Assembly (NCBI GenBank): GCA_938073925.1
Contig: CALJGH010000125.1
Location: 1-39,375 of the forward strand
Origin: an uncultured Nitrospinaceae bacterium
GTDB lineage: Bacteria > Nitrospinota > Nitrospinia > Nitrospinales > VA-1
Direction: 5' to 3'
Length of the DNA stretch: 39,375 nt
The position numbers and the translations under genes are program-made. Positions 28,436 through 36,718 of the stretch are shown here, piece after piece. Positions within the stretch are counted from its first letter, which is position 1. Every line of letters starts with the position of its first letter. The notes beneath the pieces are model-generated. The model saw only the letters and a list, made by a program, of their open reading frames with translations, was not told the DNA's origin and did not search any database.

Positions 28436-29261
28436 TGGTATTTCCTTTGTTATTAAGTGGTGAATTATAAAATCTAAAATAGAACCCCATCCATATCAAC
28501 CCCATTACCACCAGGGCTGTAAAATGCGGAAAATACTTATCAGAATACCAGGAAGGAGAAAACTGCATGACTCCTTTTATCTCTCCCGAATAATGCTTTA
28601 GCATCTCCCCATATTCTACTATCAGCCGAACGGGAAAACGATCTTCATCCAAATCGCCCCCGCGTTTTACTGTTACGTCAAAGTTTTTCTTCTCATTGCT
28701 TCTTAGCGTGAACCCCATCATTCCATTAAACTTTTCCGCAACCATACCCGGTGGCAACAGCAACATCATTCTGACATTTTTTAATGAGTCCGAATGATTT
28801 TGAATCATGATCTTTAAATTAGATGATGCTGGCCCACCAGAAGATTGAATACTACCCCCGATTTGCGATTTGACAGGTTCTTCAAAGTAAAACGAATCTG
28901 TATGTAAAATCGTTTTACTTTCTCCTCCCTCAAAAAGCGTTTTATATCTTACCTTCGCGGAAATAGGATATGTGCCAACCCGAAGAACCGGAGGGTGCTT
29001 GTCATTCTCCAGGGTAATACTCTGCCCTGGACCAAGCTCTCGAATTGCAGTCATCATGGACATCGAGTGGTGAAAATGAAACATCGGCTGAATATGAAAA
29101 AGAGGTTTTGAGCCTGTATTTTTCATCGTCAAGGCCAAACCCACCTGACCATTTTGGTCCACATCACTATTAATGATAACCTGCAAAGGTTGCCCCAGCA
29201 ACGAATTGGGGAAAACAACAAATAAAATCAACACAAATAGATGGCACATATAAATTCCCAT
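28428..29261 (-). CDS. exported beta-sandwich protein with C-terminal membrane anchor and His/Met-rich motif (hypothetical)
   Basis: 277 aa. It has an N-terminal signal-like segment and two CARDB/DUF11-like repeats (LALTMKNTGSKPL ... LGPGQSITL; LKIMIQNHSDSLKNV ... FTLRSNEKKNFDV). The motif HIQPMFHFHHSMSMM is at nt 29052-29096 and a C-terminal TM helix is present. Its stop overlaps the ppiC start by 8 nt. Confidence 0.65.
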   Translation of the reverse strand: MGIYMCHLFVLILFVVFPNSLLGQPLQVIINSDVDQNGQVGLALTMKNTGSKPLFHIQPMFHFHHSMSMMTAIRELGPGQSITLENDKHPPVLRVGTYPISAKVRYKTLFEGGESKTILHTDSFYFEEPVKSQIGGSIQSSGGPASSNLKIMIQNHSDSLKNVRMMLLLPPGMVAEKFNGMMGFTLRSNEKKNFDVTVKRGGDLDEDRFPVRLIVEYGEMLKHYSGEIKGVMQFSPSWYSDKYFPHFTALVVMGLIWMGFYFRFYNSPLNNKGNTNA

Positions 29262-29309
29262 TATTTTCAGTCTTCAACTTCAAGTCATTTTAATTCAAAA
29301 ATACATTCA

Positions 29310-29325
29310 TGGCAACGAAATGGCC
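29310..29325. promoter_or_regulatory. palindromic sigma-54-like -24/-12 element in a divergent intergenic region
   Basis: The + strand reads TGGCAA-cgaaa-TGGC and the - strand reads (a)GGCCA-tttcg-TTGC. The invariant GG and GC are correctly spaced on both strands. It lies 79 nt upstream of the SPFH gene and ~50 nt upstream of the ATG at 29261. Confidence 0.3.
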
Positions 29326-29402
29326 TTCTATATTAATCGGATTTGACCCAAAAAAGTTGTTATTATTGAAGTAGAAATCGAATCCTATTAGGAGAATCGT
29401 TA

Positions 29403-30146
29403 ATGGATACTCTACTGACTATTTTTATATTACTAGGTCTGTTGTTGTTCAGCACATTCCGGGTATTGAGGGAATATGAACGAGGTGTTGTATTTCTGTT
29501 GGGAAGGTTCTGGAAAGTAAAGGGCCCCGGTATCGTTATTGTTTTTCCCGGAATACAGAAAATGGTCAAGGTTAGCTTGCGAACCGTGGTGATGGATGTT
29601 CCCCCACAAGACATCATCACGAAAGACAACGTAACCGTAAAGGTCAATGCGGTAATCTATTTTCGCGTCGTAGACTCGCAAAAAGCGATCATTGAAGTAG
29701 AGGACTTTTTATACGCCACCTCTCAGCTTGCGCAGACTACATTGCGAAGCATATTAGGACAAAGCACCCTGGACGATCTCTTGTCCAATCGCGAAGAGAT
29801 CAACGCTCACCTACAAAAGGTCATTGATGAACAAACCGAGCCTTGGGGTGTCAAGGTCGCAAACGTTGAAGTTAAAAACGTTGACCTGCCACAGGAAATG
29901 CAAAGAGCATTAGCAAAACAGGCGGAAGCAGAACGCGAGCGACGCGCAAAAGTTATCAATGCCCAGGGCGAGTTCGAAGCGGCTCAGAAAACCTGTGATG
30001 CGGCAGACTTGATTGGCAGCCACCCGCCCGCTTTGCAACTACGATTTTTCCAGACTTTGTTGGATCTCTCAAATAATGAGGGCAACCATACTTATATCCC
30101 TATTCCACTGGAGTTATTTGATTCCTTTAAAAATAAAAGAGAATAA
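29403..30146 (+). CDS. SPFH/band-7 (stomatin/slipin-like) membrane protein
   Basis: 247 aa. It has an N-terminal TM helix and the motif [16 protein letters not shown], then a band-7 core and a coiled coil [15 protein letters not shown] strong RBS AGGAGAA lies upstream. No NfeD gene is adjacent. Confidence 0.92.
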   Translation: MDTLLTIFILLGLLLFSTFRVLREYERGVVFLLGRFWKVKGPGIVIVFPGIQKMVKVSLRTVVMDVPPQDIITKDNVTVKVNAVIYFRVVDSQKAIIEVEDFLYATSQLAQTTLRSILGQSTLDDLLSNREEINAHLQKVIDEQTEPWGVKVANVEVKNVDLPQEMQRALAKQAEAERERRAKVINAQGEFEAAQKTCDAADLIGSHPPALQLRFFQTLLDLSNNEGNHTYIPIPLELFDSFKNKRE

Positions 30147-30206
30147 ATCATGATACCGTTTTATTATTTTTAGTCCCATCACAATAATATTTTCTCCCGT
30201 ATTTTC

Positions 30207-33200
30207 ATGGAAGCTTACTCTCAAATAAATCAGTTCCTGATTCGCGTCCAAAAAAGCTGCAATCGAATTCGGCTTATATTAGGAACCTATCTGTTTTTTG
30301 CCGCCCTTCTAGGAACTCTATTGTGCGTGGCACTGTTTTATTACCTACAACCCTCGTCAATCAGCTATTACGCATCCGCCCTGCTTTTTTTGATTTTAGG
30401 GAAGTATCTCTACTCCACGGTGCGTTCTAGTTCTTTAAAAAAAATCGATCGAGAGGGTGCAGCCTTACTTATAGAAAAGAAATACCCTGAACTAAATAAT
30501 TCACTCATAAATTCTGCGCAATTGGGTGACATTGTTTCCGACCCTGCCAGAGAGAAACTTTTCTCTTCCGCTTTTATTCACGAGTTAATAGCCCGAACCC
30601 AGAACCACATAACTAAACTAAATGCCGACTCGGTTATTGAAAAAAGCCGGACAACACATTCGAGAAATTTATTTCTAAGCACTTTGGCGATTGGCTTGGT
30701 CGTCACTTTCATCGTTCCTGACTTCTGGCAACAAGCACTCAAAAACAGCAATCCTTCAGCTGGCAACCCGTCAACAGTGACGGCAGAAAAAAACATTTCA
30801 AGCCCCGACTTAGCAGAACCCGTTTACAGCATTCATGATCTCGCGCTGATATTGAACTATCCCGCTTACACACGCTTGTCAGCAAAAAGGGTTAACCCTT
30901 CTGATGGTTCCGTAAAAGCATTGCCTGGAACTGAAGTCCTGATTAAAGGTAAAATCAATCAAGCTGTTCAAGCCGCCAGTCTTGTCATTAACGAGAAAGA
31001 CTCCTTCCTCATGGAATCAAAAAAGGACTCCACTCTATCGGGGTCTTTTATGGTTCGCGAAAAAGGCTTCTACCAATTCAGAGTTAAAGGGCCGTCAGGA
31101 ACCCGAACCGTGTTGCCGCAAAAATTTCCCATCAAGCTCGATAAAGATAAAAAGCCGCGCATCCTTTTATTTCCTGCCAATCCGAAGCCGGTTTACTTTG
31201 ACACCGATAAAATCCAGATATTTTATGAAGGAAGCGATGATTTTGGCATCCGTAGCATAGAGTTAGTCGCGCTGATTGACGACAGCACAACTCGAAAAAG
31301 TATTAAAAACTTAAAAAACGGAGAAAAAGCATCCCAGGGAAGATTTACTTGGAACCTGGCTCTTGAATCCTTAAAGCCTGGACAAGAAATTCAATATTAT
31401 CTGGAAATAAAGGACAACGATAATGTTTTTGGCCCCAACAAAAACCAGTCCGAAATAATTAGCTTTACCATTTTTGACACGAGCAAGGAGCAGGAAAACC
31501 TTGTCCGCCTTCAGGATGAATTGACAGAAAAAATGATCGCCCTGTTAGCAACCGGATTGGTAGAAGACAATATTCTAAAGACAACCACGAAGGATGCTCT
31601 TTACGGAAAAAAACTACTCGCCTCGAATGCCGATGCTCTGATTGATATTATTGGCCTCGCGCAGCATATAAAAAATCAGGCAGAAGAGCTTGGCAATTTC
31701 CCACAAGCTTACCTGACATTATTAAATAATATCATTTCGGGATTAAAAACAATCCGTCAGGAAAAAATTGACGCGATCGATAAAATTCAAGGAACAATAA
31801 TGAAACCCACCCCGGTGGACTACAATTTATTCTCTATCGAAGTTTTAAATGATCGCATGGTCACACATTTAGAGCGCGATATTCTTTACCTGATAAAAAT
31901 CACCAATCGCCAAAAAATGGATAGGGTAATGGATCTGGAAGATCAGCTATTAGAACTAACCGAGACTCTACAGGAGGAATTTGAAAATCTGAAAAACAAA
32001 AAGTCCCCTTTGAACTCGAACCAGCTCAAATCCAAACTCGACCAGATACAGCAAACATTAAAACAACTCATGGAGAAGTTGGCACAGCAAAACCAATCGA
32101 TGCCCGATGAATTCCTAAATTCCAAGTCCTACAAAAGCATGAATATGGAAGAAATGATGGCGTCGGTTGAAAAAATTCAAGACCTCGCGAATCAAGGGAA
32201 AATGGATGAAGCCATGGAGCAACTTAAAAAAATGGCTGAAGAGTTAAGAAAATTTGCTGAGCAATTAAATCAAGCTGAATCTTCGATGGAAGAAATGGTG
32301 GACACAGAAATGATGGAACAACTCAACGAGTCCACGCAAGAATTAAAAGACATGGAAAAGAAACAACGCGAGATCATTAAAAAAACTTCAGAAATAAACC
32401 AGGAACTGCGACAGAAGCAGTCCAAAAAATTTGAGTCTTTGGTTAAAAAGTTTTTTGAAGAACTCAAAAGAGATGTGGAGTCCATTCGTTCCATTCTTGA
32501 TGACGATAAAAACTACCTTAATGAGCATTCAGCCATGAAAAAGCTTAGCAAGCTCCTTGAAAAAGAATCCGCTCTAAATCAGGAAATACAATCGCTGGGG
32601 CAAGAGACCATAGACTCCAGCCTTAAAGATAGTCTCGCGAAGAACTTTGCAGAGTTGAAGGACCGCCAACGACAACTTTCTAGCACATTATCTGAGATGA
32701 ACTCTCTCAGAGCAATGGGGCTCCAGGAGTTCAAGGAGAAACTTCCAGAGCTACAGAAAAAATACGATTCTTTGAAAGAACTTGCCGAGTTAAATGAATT
32801 GAACGAATTTAATTTACTTTTCAAAAGCACTTATCCGGAAGTATTCCGCTGGCAAGGCAATATACAAGCATCACGGAACGAAAATATCACCGGAAAAATA
32901 AGCGATGATTTGAAGAAGGTGACCCGGTTGAACGGAGAGATATCCAAGAAACTCGGCTCATTGAAACGTTCGACCGAAGCCAGCAACGACTCGCTCCTTT
33001 CCAAAGAAGAGAAGAGCAAACTACAGAAAATGGCAGAGCAGGAAAAATCTATGCGAGGAAAAACGGAAGGAATGCAAAAACAGTTTTCTAAAATGAATCA
33101 GAAAAACCCATTACTCCCGCCCTCCCTCGCTCAAAATATGCAGATGGCAGGAAAAAACCTGCAACGTGCCGAATCTCGCTTACAAGGGAATCAAGTACAA

Positions 33201-33521
33201 AGGAGCATTGAGTCTGAGAACAAGGCCCTGAAACAAATTCAAGAAGCGCAGAGCATGTTAAGCGAAATGAAAAAATCCGGGTCGCAAATGTCCCAACAGG
33301 GCAAACAACAAAACCAGCTTCGACTTGGAACGGGAAGTCGCAGAGACTCAAGGCGTGGAGGTGCTGTTCGAATGCAGAAGGAAAAAGTTCTCTTGCCTTC
33401 GGACGATCAATACAAAGTACCCAGTGAGTTCCGCGAAGATATTCTCGATGCGATGAAAAAACAGACACCGAAGAACTACGAACAACTGGTCAACGAATAT
33501 TATAGAGAACTCGTGCAATGA
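30207..33521 (+). CDS. large membrane-anchored coiled-coil protein, DUF4175-like
   Basis: 1104 aa. An N-terminal TM hairpin is followed by AALLIEKKYPELNNSLINSAQL and a third TM near aa 155-175. A beta-rich region follows (YPAYTRL ... ALPGTEV ... DDFGIRSIEL ... LKPGQEIQYYLEIKDND). Then come ~550 aa of E/K/Q/M-rich coiled coil and the conserved-looking tail VPSEFREDILDAMKKQTPKNYEQLVNEYYRELVQ. The family call is from memory of the DUF4175 architecture. Confidence 0.7.
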   Translation: MEAYSQINQFLIRVQKSCNRIRLILGTYLFFAALLGTLLCVALFYYLQPSSISYYASALLFLILGKYLYSTVRSSSLKKIDREGAALLIEKKYPELNNSLINSAQLGDIVSDPAREKLFSSAFIHELIARTQNHITKLNADSVIEKSRTTHSRNLFLSTLAIGLVVTFIVPDFWQQALKNSNPSAGNPSTVTAEKNISSPDLAEPVYSIHDLALILNYPAYTRLSAKRVNPSDGSVKALPGTEVLIKGKINQAVQAASLVINEKDSFLMESKKDSTLSGSFMVREKGFYQFRVKGPSGTRTVLPQKFPIKLDKDKKPRILLFPANPKPVYFDTDKIQIFYEGSDDFGIRSIELVALIDDSTTRKSIKNLKNGEKASQGRFTWNLALESLKPGQEIQYYLEIKDNDNVFGPNKNQSEIISFTIFDTSKEQENLVRLQDELTEKMIALLATGLVEDNILKTTTKDALYGKKLLASNADALIDIIGLAQHIKNQAEELGNFPQAYLTLLNNIISGLKTIRQEKIDAIDKIQGTIMKPTPVDYNLFSIEVLNDRMVTHLERDILYLIKITNRQKMDRVMDLEDQLLELTETLQEEFENLKNKKSPLNSNQLKSKLDQIQQTLKQLMEKLAQQNQSMPDEFLNSKSYKSMNMEEMMASVEKIQDLANQGKMDEAMEQLKKMAEELRKFAEQLNQAESSMEEMVDTEMMEQLNESTQELKDMEKKQREIIKKTSEINQELRQKQSKKFESLVKKFFEELKRDVESIRSILDDDKNYLNEHSAMKKLSKLLEKESALNQEIQSLGQETIDSSLKDSLAKNFAELKDRQRQLSSTLSEMNSLRAMGLQEFKEKLPELQKKYDSLKELAELNELNEFNLLFKSTYPEVFRWQGNIQASRNENITGKISDDLKKVTRLNGEISKKLGSLKRSTEASNDSLLSKEEKSKLQKMAEQEKSMRGKTEGMQKQFSKMNQKNPLLPPSLAQNMQMAGKNLQRAESRLQGNQVQRSIESENKALKQIQEAQSMLSEMKKSGSQMSQQGKQQNQLRLGTGSRRDSRRGGAVRMQKEKVLLPSDDQYKVPSEFREDILDAMKKQTPKNYEQLVNEYYRELVQ

Positions 33522-35077
33522 TAAAAAAAGAGAATATTTTTTTTTCGTCCTTGCTTGTGGTACTCGCTCTTTCTATCACCACATCTGCCGCTCCGACATT
33601 CACCGACAAAGTACTCACGGGTTATGAACTCGCTCAAGATTGGGATTTGATTGCCGCCGAAGAACTTTCCAATTCCCTTCTTGAAAACCACCCCGAATCC
33701 GGTGATGCTCATTTTCTCAGCGCACGAATTGAATTTCTAAAAGGAAACTACAATCGTGCATTAGAGATTCTGGAAAGAGTAGGTGATTCCTACGAAGAAG
33801 TTTCCGATTTCAAGAATAGAGTTGAGGCTACCCGCAAGGCCACCCAGAATTTTGTTACCCGAGAAACGGCACATTTCCGCTTTCGTTATAAAGAAGGCCC
33901 CGATGAGGTTCTTCTAACTTACGCAGAGGAAGTACTGGAAAAATCTTACCTAGTGTTAGGGGAAATTTTAGATCATTATCCACAGGAAAAAGTTCTCATT
34001 GAATTTTACCCTGACAGACAACCATTTTCTAAAATTTCTCCACTGACCTTGCAAGACATCCTCACATCTGGAACCGTCGCGCTGTGTAAATACAATCGTA
34101 TTATGATGATTTCGCCAGGGTCACTGGTTCGTGGATTCAACTGGATGGATACTCTAAGCCATGAATACGTTCATTATCTACTTACAAAGAAAAGCCGCAA
34201 TCAGCTTCCACTGTGGACGCATGAAGGAATCGCAAAATTACTGGAAACAAGATGGCGTAACGACAAAAAATACTTATCTCCCATTATGGAAACCATTCTT
34301 TCTGGCGCGCTCAAAAATGATTACAGAATCGCATTGGAAGATATGATGCCGTCGCTTGCCAAACTGAAAACCGCCAAAGATGTTCAACTTGCTTACGCAG
34401 AAGTGTCAACAATGATGGAGTTCCTCGCAGAATCGAAGGGCATAGAAATTTTCACTCAACTTCTTGAAGATTTGGCCAAAGGTATACGCTTTGAAGAAAG
34501 TTTTCAAAACAGGGCCGGACACGATATTCTTTCCTTTCAGAACAACTGGGAGATATGGGCTAAAAATAAGGAGTTGAAATTTATTCCTGGCATTACCGCT
34601 TTGACCAAAGAATTCAAAAATCAAAACAAACTGGAACCAGAAAAAGATTATAAAGGATTAGGCACAAGGCGGGCGCAGGACCTAACCTTCTTAGGTGATA
34701 TCTTAAAGTCTCGCGATCATTACAACGCCGCCATCCTTGAGTATCAAAAGGCGAAAGAAGAATCTTCTACTCATTCACCAATACTGTTCAACAAACTAGC
34801 TGGCACCTATATTCAAACAGGGAAGTACGATGAAGCAGAGTTGCTTTTAAAAGAAAGCCTAGAGTATTATTCTGACTTTCATACGACACTCGCTAACCTT
34901 GGTGAGCTTTATTTTGTTAGCGAAAGGTTTTACAAAGCACAAAAATATCTCGAAAAAGCGGTTCGCATCAACCCATTCAACCCTTTCATTCACACCAGGT
35001 TGATAGAGTTATACGATCGCATGTCAATGACCGAAGAAAAGAAATTACAAACCCAGCTGTTCAGCTTAATAGATTGA
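33518..35077 (+). CDS. secreted peptidase-MA-like (HExxH) domain protein with flanking TPR repeats
   Basis: An ATGA overlap with the upstream stop. The signal peptide is MIKKENIFFSSLLVVLALSITTSAAP. The motif SHEYVHYLLTKKSRNQLPLWTHEGIAKLLE is HExxH with a downstream (H)EG, as in Peptidase_MA_2. TPR-like helices lie at the N-terminus and in the last ~130 aa. Confidence 0.75.
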   Translation: MIKKENIFFSSLLVVLALSITTSAAPTFTDKVLTGYELAQDWDLIAAEELSNSLLENHPESGDAHFLSARIEFLKGNYNRALEILERVGDSYEEVSDFKNRVEATRKATQNFVTRETAHFRFRYKEGPDEVLLTYAEEVLEKSYLVLGEILDHYPQEKVLIEFYPDRQPFSKISPLTLQDILTSGTVALCKYNRIMMISPGSLVRGFNWMDTLSHEYVHYLLTKKSRNQLPLWTHEGIAKLLETRWRNDKKYLSPIMETILSGALKNDYRIALEDMMPSLAKLKTAKDVQLAYAEVSTMMEFLAESKGIEIFTQLLEDLAKGIRFEESFQNRAGHDILSFQNNWEIWAKNKELKFIPGITALTKEFKNQNKLEPEKDYKGLGTRRAQDLTFLGDILKSRDHYNAAILEYQKAKEESSTHSPILFNKLAGTYIQTGKYDEAELLLKESLEYYSDFHTTLANLGELYFVSERFYKAQKYLEKAVRINPFNPFIHTRLIELYDRMSMTEEKKLQTQLFSLID

Positions 35078-35087
35078 GGTTTTCTGA

Positions 35088-36074
35088 ATGGAAGATTTAG
35101 AACTAGCCCAGGAACTACTAAAGGCCAAAAAAAATGTAGTCAATGAAATACAAAAAGTCATCATCGGCCAAGATGAAGTAATCGAAGACCTTTTGGTTGC
35201 GCTTTTTTCTAAGGGACACTGCCTTTTCGTGGGAGTACCCGGATTAGCGAAAACCCTTCTGGTCAGCACCCTTGCGCAAGTATTAAACCTCGGGTTCAGT
35301 CGAATTCAGTTCACCCCCGACCTCATGCCTTCAGATATAACGGGGACAGATATCTTGCACGAAGATACTACATCGGGGAAGAGAGTGTTCCAGTTCATTA
35401 AAGGTCCAATTTTCTCTAACATAATTTTAGCCGATGAGATCAATCGAACGCCTCCAAAAACCCAGGCGGCTCTATTGCAAGCAATGCAGGAAAAACAAGT
35501 TACAGTAGGGGGAAACACCTATCCACTTACCCCACCCTTTCTGGTTTTTGCTACGCAAAACCCCATTGAGCATGAAGGCACCTATCCGCTGCCAGAAGCA
35601 CAACTCGATAGGTTCATGTTTATGATCAACGTGACCTATCCCAGCAAAAAAGAAGAAATCAAAATCGCACTCTCCACCACTTCAGGTCAATTAACCGAGT
35701 TGCAACCTATCTTGAATGCCGAGCAGGTCTTAAAGTTTCAAGAACTGGTTCCACGAGTCCCTGTTTCCGAACACGTTGCCTCTTATGCTGTGGAACTGGT
35801 GCAAAATACACGACCACAGCAAAATAGTAATGCGCCGGATTTTGTTAAGGAATGGATTGATTGGGGGGCAGGCCCCAGAGCGTCTCAATATCTTATCTTG
35901 GGAGCCAAGGCAAAAGCGTTGATGGACAACCGTGTCGCGACGACAATTGAGGACGTCAAAGCGGTTTCCCGCCAGGTTCTAGAACACCGGATTATATTAA
36001 ACTTCAAAGCCGAAGCAGAGAATATAAAAGTCACCGATGTCATAGAAAAACTCCTGACAACAGTGAAAGCCTAA
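35088..36074 (+). CDS. MoxR-family AAA+ ATPase
   Basis: 328 aa. It has Walker A GVPGLAKT, Walker B and the MoxR signature ILADEINRTPPKTQAALLQAMQE, then FATQNPIEHEGTYPLPEAQLDRF. The RBS GAGG is 8 nt upstream. Confidence 0.95.
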   Translation: MEDLELAQELLKAKKNVVNEIQKVIIGQDEVIEDLLVALFSKGHCLFVGVPGLAKTLLVSTLAQVLNLGFSRIQFTPDLMPSDITGTDILHEDTTSGKRVFQFIKGPIFSNIILADEINRTPPKTQAALLQAMQEKQVTVGGNTYPLTPPFLVFATQNPIEHEGTYPLPEAQLDRFMFMINVTYPSKKEEIKIALSTTSGQLTELQPILNAEQVLKFQELVPRVPVSEHVASYAVELVQNTRPQQNSNAPDFVKEWIDWGAGPRASQYLILGAKAKALMDNRVATTIEDVKAVSRQVLEHRIILNFKAEAENIKVTDVIEKLLTTVKA

Positions 36075-36458
36075 CTACTTATTTTTGTAAAGGCTCCCAA
36101 CGCGGAAACCACCACGGTCCTCCTTATCGATACTCATCTGGCGAGTATCTTCTTCATCGAGTTTGCCTAACGCTTCGGAAACTTCTATCTGATAGTTTTT
36201 GACTTTCTGATACAGGGGATGTTTGATATCCAACTTCAGGTTGGTGAGAGCCGCGGTGAATTCGCCGGTACCATCCGGAGTCAATTTACATACCAGTTCA
36301 CCGGAATTGTCATCGCGGTAAATATCTGTTACTTCCAATGGCGTTTTATTTTTGACTTGAAACCCCATTTCACGCAACAGGGTCAACACCGCTCCACGTC
36401 CATAAACACGAAGTGGCAAACATTTTAGCAATTCATCCATCAAAGATTGTGCGCTCAA
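36075..36458 (-). CDS. hypothetical 127-aa protein
   Basis: A TTG start at 36458 follows GAGGA at 9-nt spacing; an alternative ATG is at 36440. Its stop codon (36075-36077) directly abuts the moxR stop (36072-36074). I recognise no family. Confidence 0.5.
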   Translation of the reverse strand: MSAQSLMDELLKCLPLRVYGRGAVLTLLREMGFQVKNKTPLEVTDIYRDDNSGELVCKLTPDGTGEFTAALTNLKLDIKHPLYQKVKNYQIEVSEALGKLDEEDTRQMSIDKEDRGGFRVGSLYKNK

Positions 36459-36489
36459 CTCAATATATCCTCAAAGTAGTAAAAAAGTA

Positions 36490-36519
36490 ATTATAGACAA
36501 AGTGCAAAAATAACTCCAA
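36490..36519 (-). promoter_or_regulatory. sigma-70-type promoter candidate for the 36458..36075 gene
   Basis: On the - strand: TTGGAG (36519-36514), an 18-nt spacer, then a perfect TATAAT (36495-36490). This is ~30 nt upstream of the TTG start. Confidence 0.4.
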
Positions 36520-36718
36520 ACAAACCGTCATTCACATTAAAAAACCACTTAAATTTTTCGCGCAACCATAATTGTTTAAAGCTCTTCATCGAATTTACCG
36601 AAAATAAAATAGGGACTAAACAAGGCAATCGGTCCATTTGAAATAGATTCACCCTTAGTAGAGTAAAACATTGCTTAAAATCTCACCTCAAATTAATCCG
36701 TCAAAATTTTGTAATACC

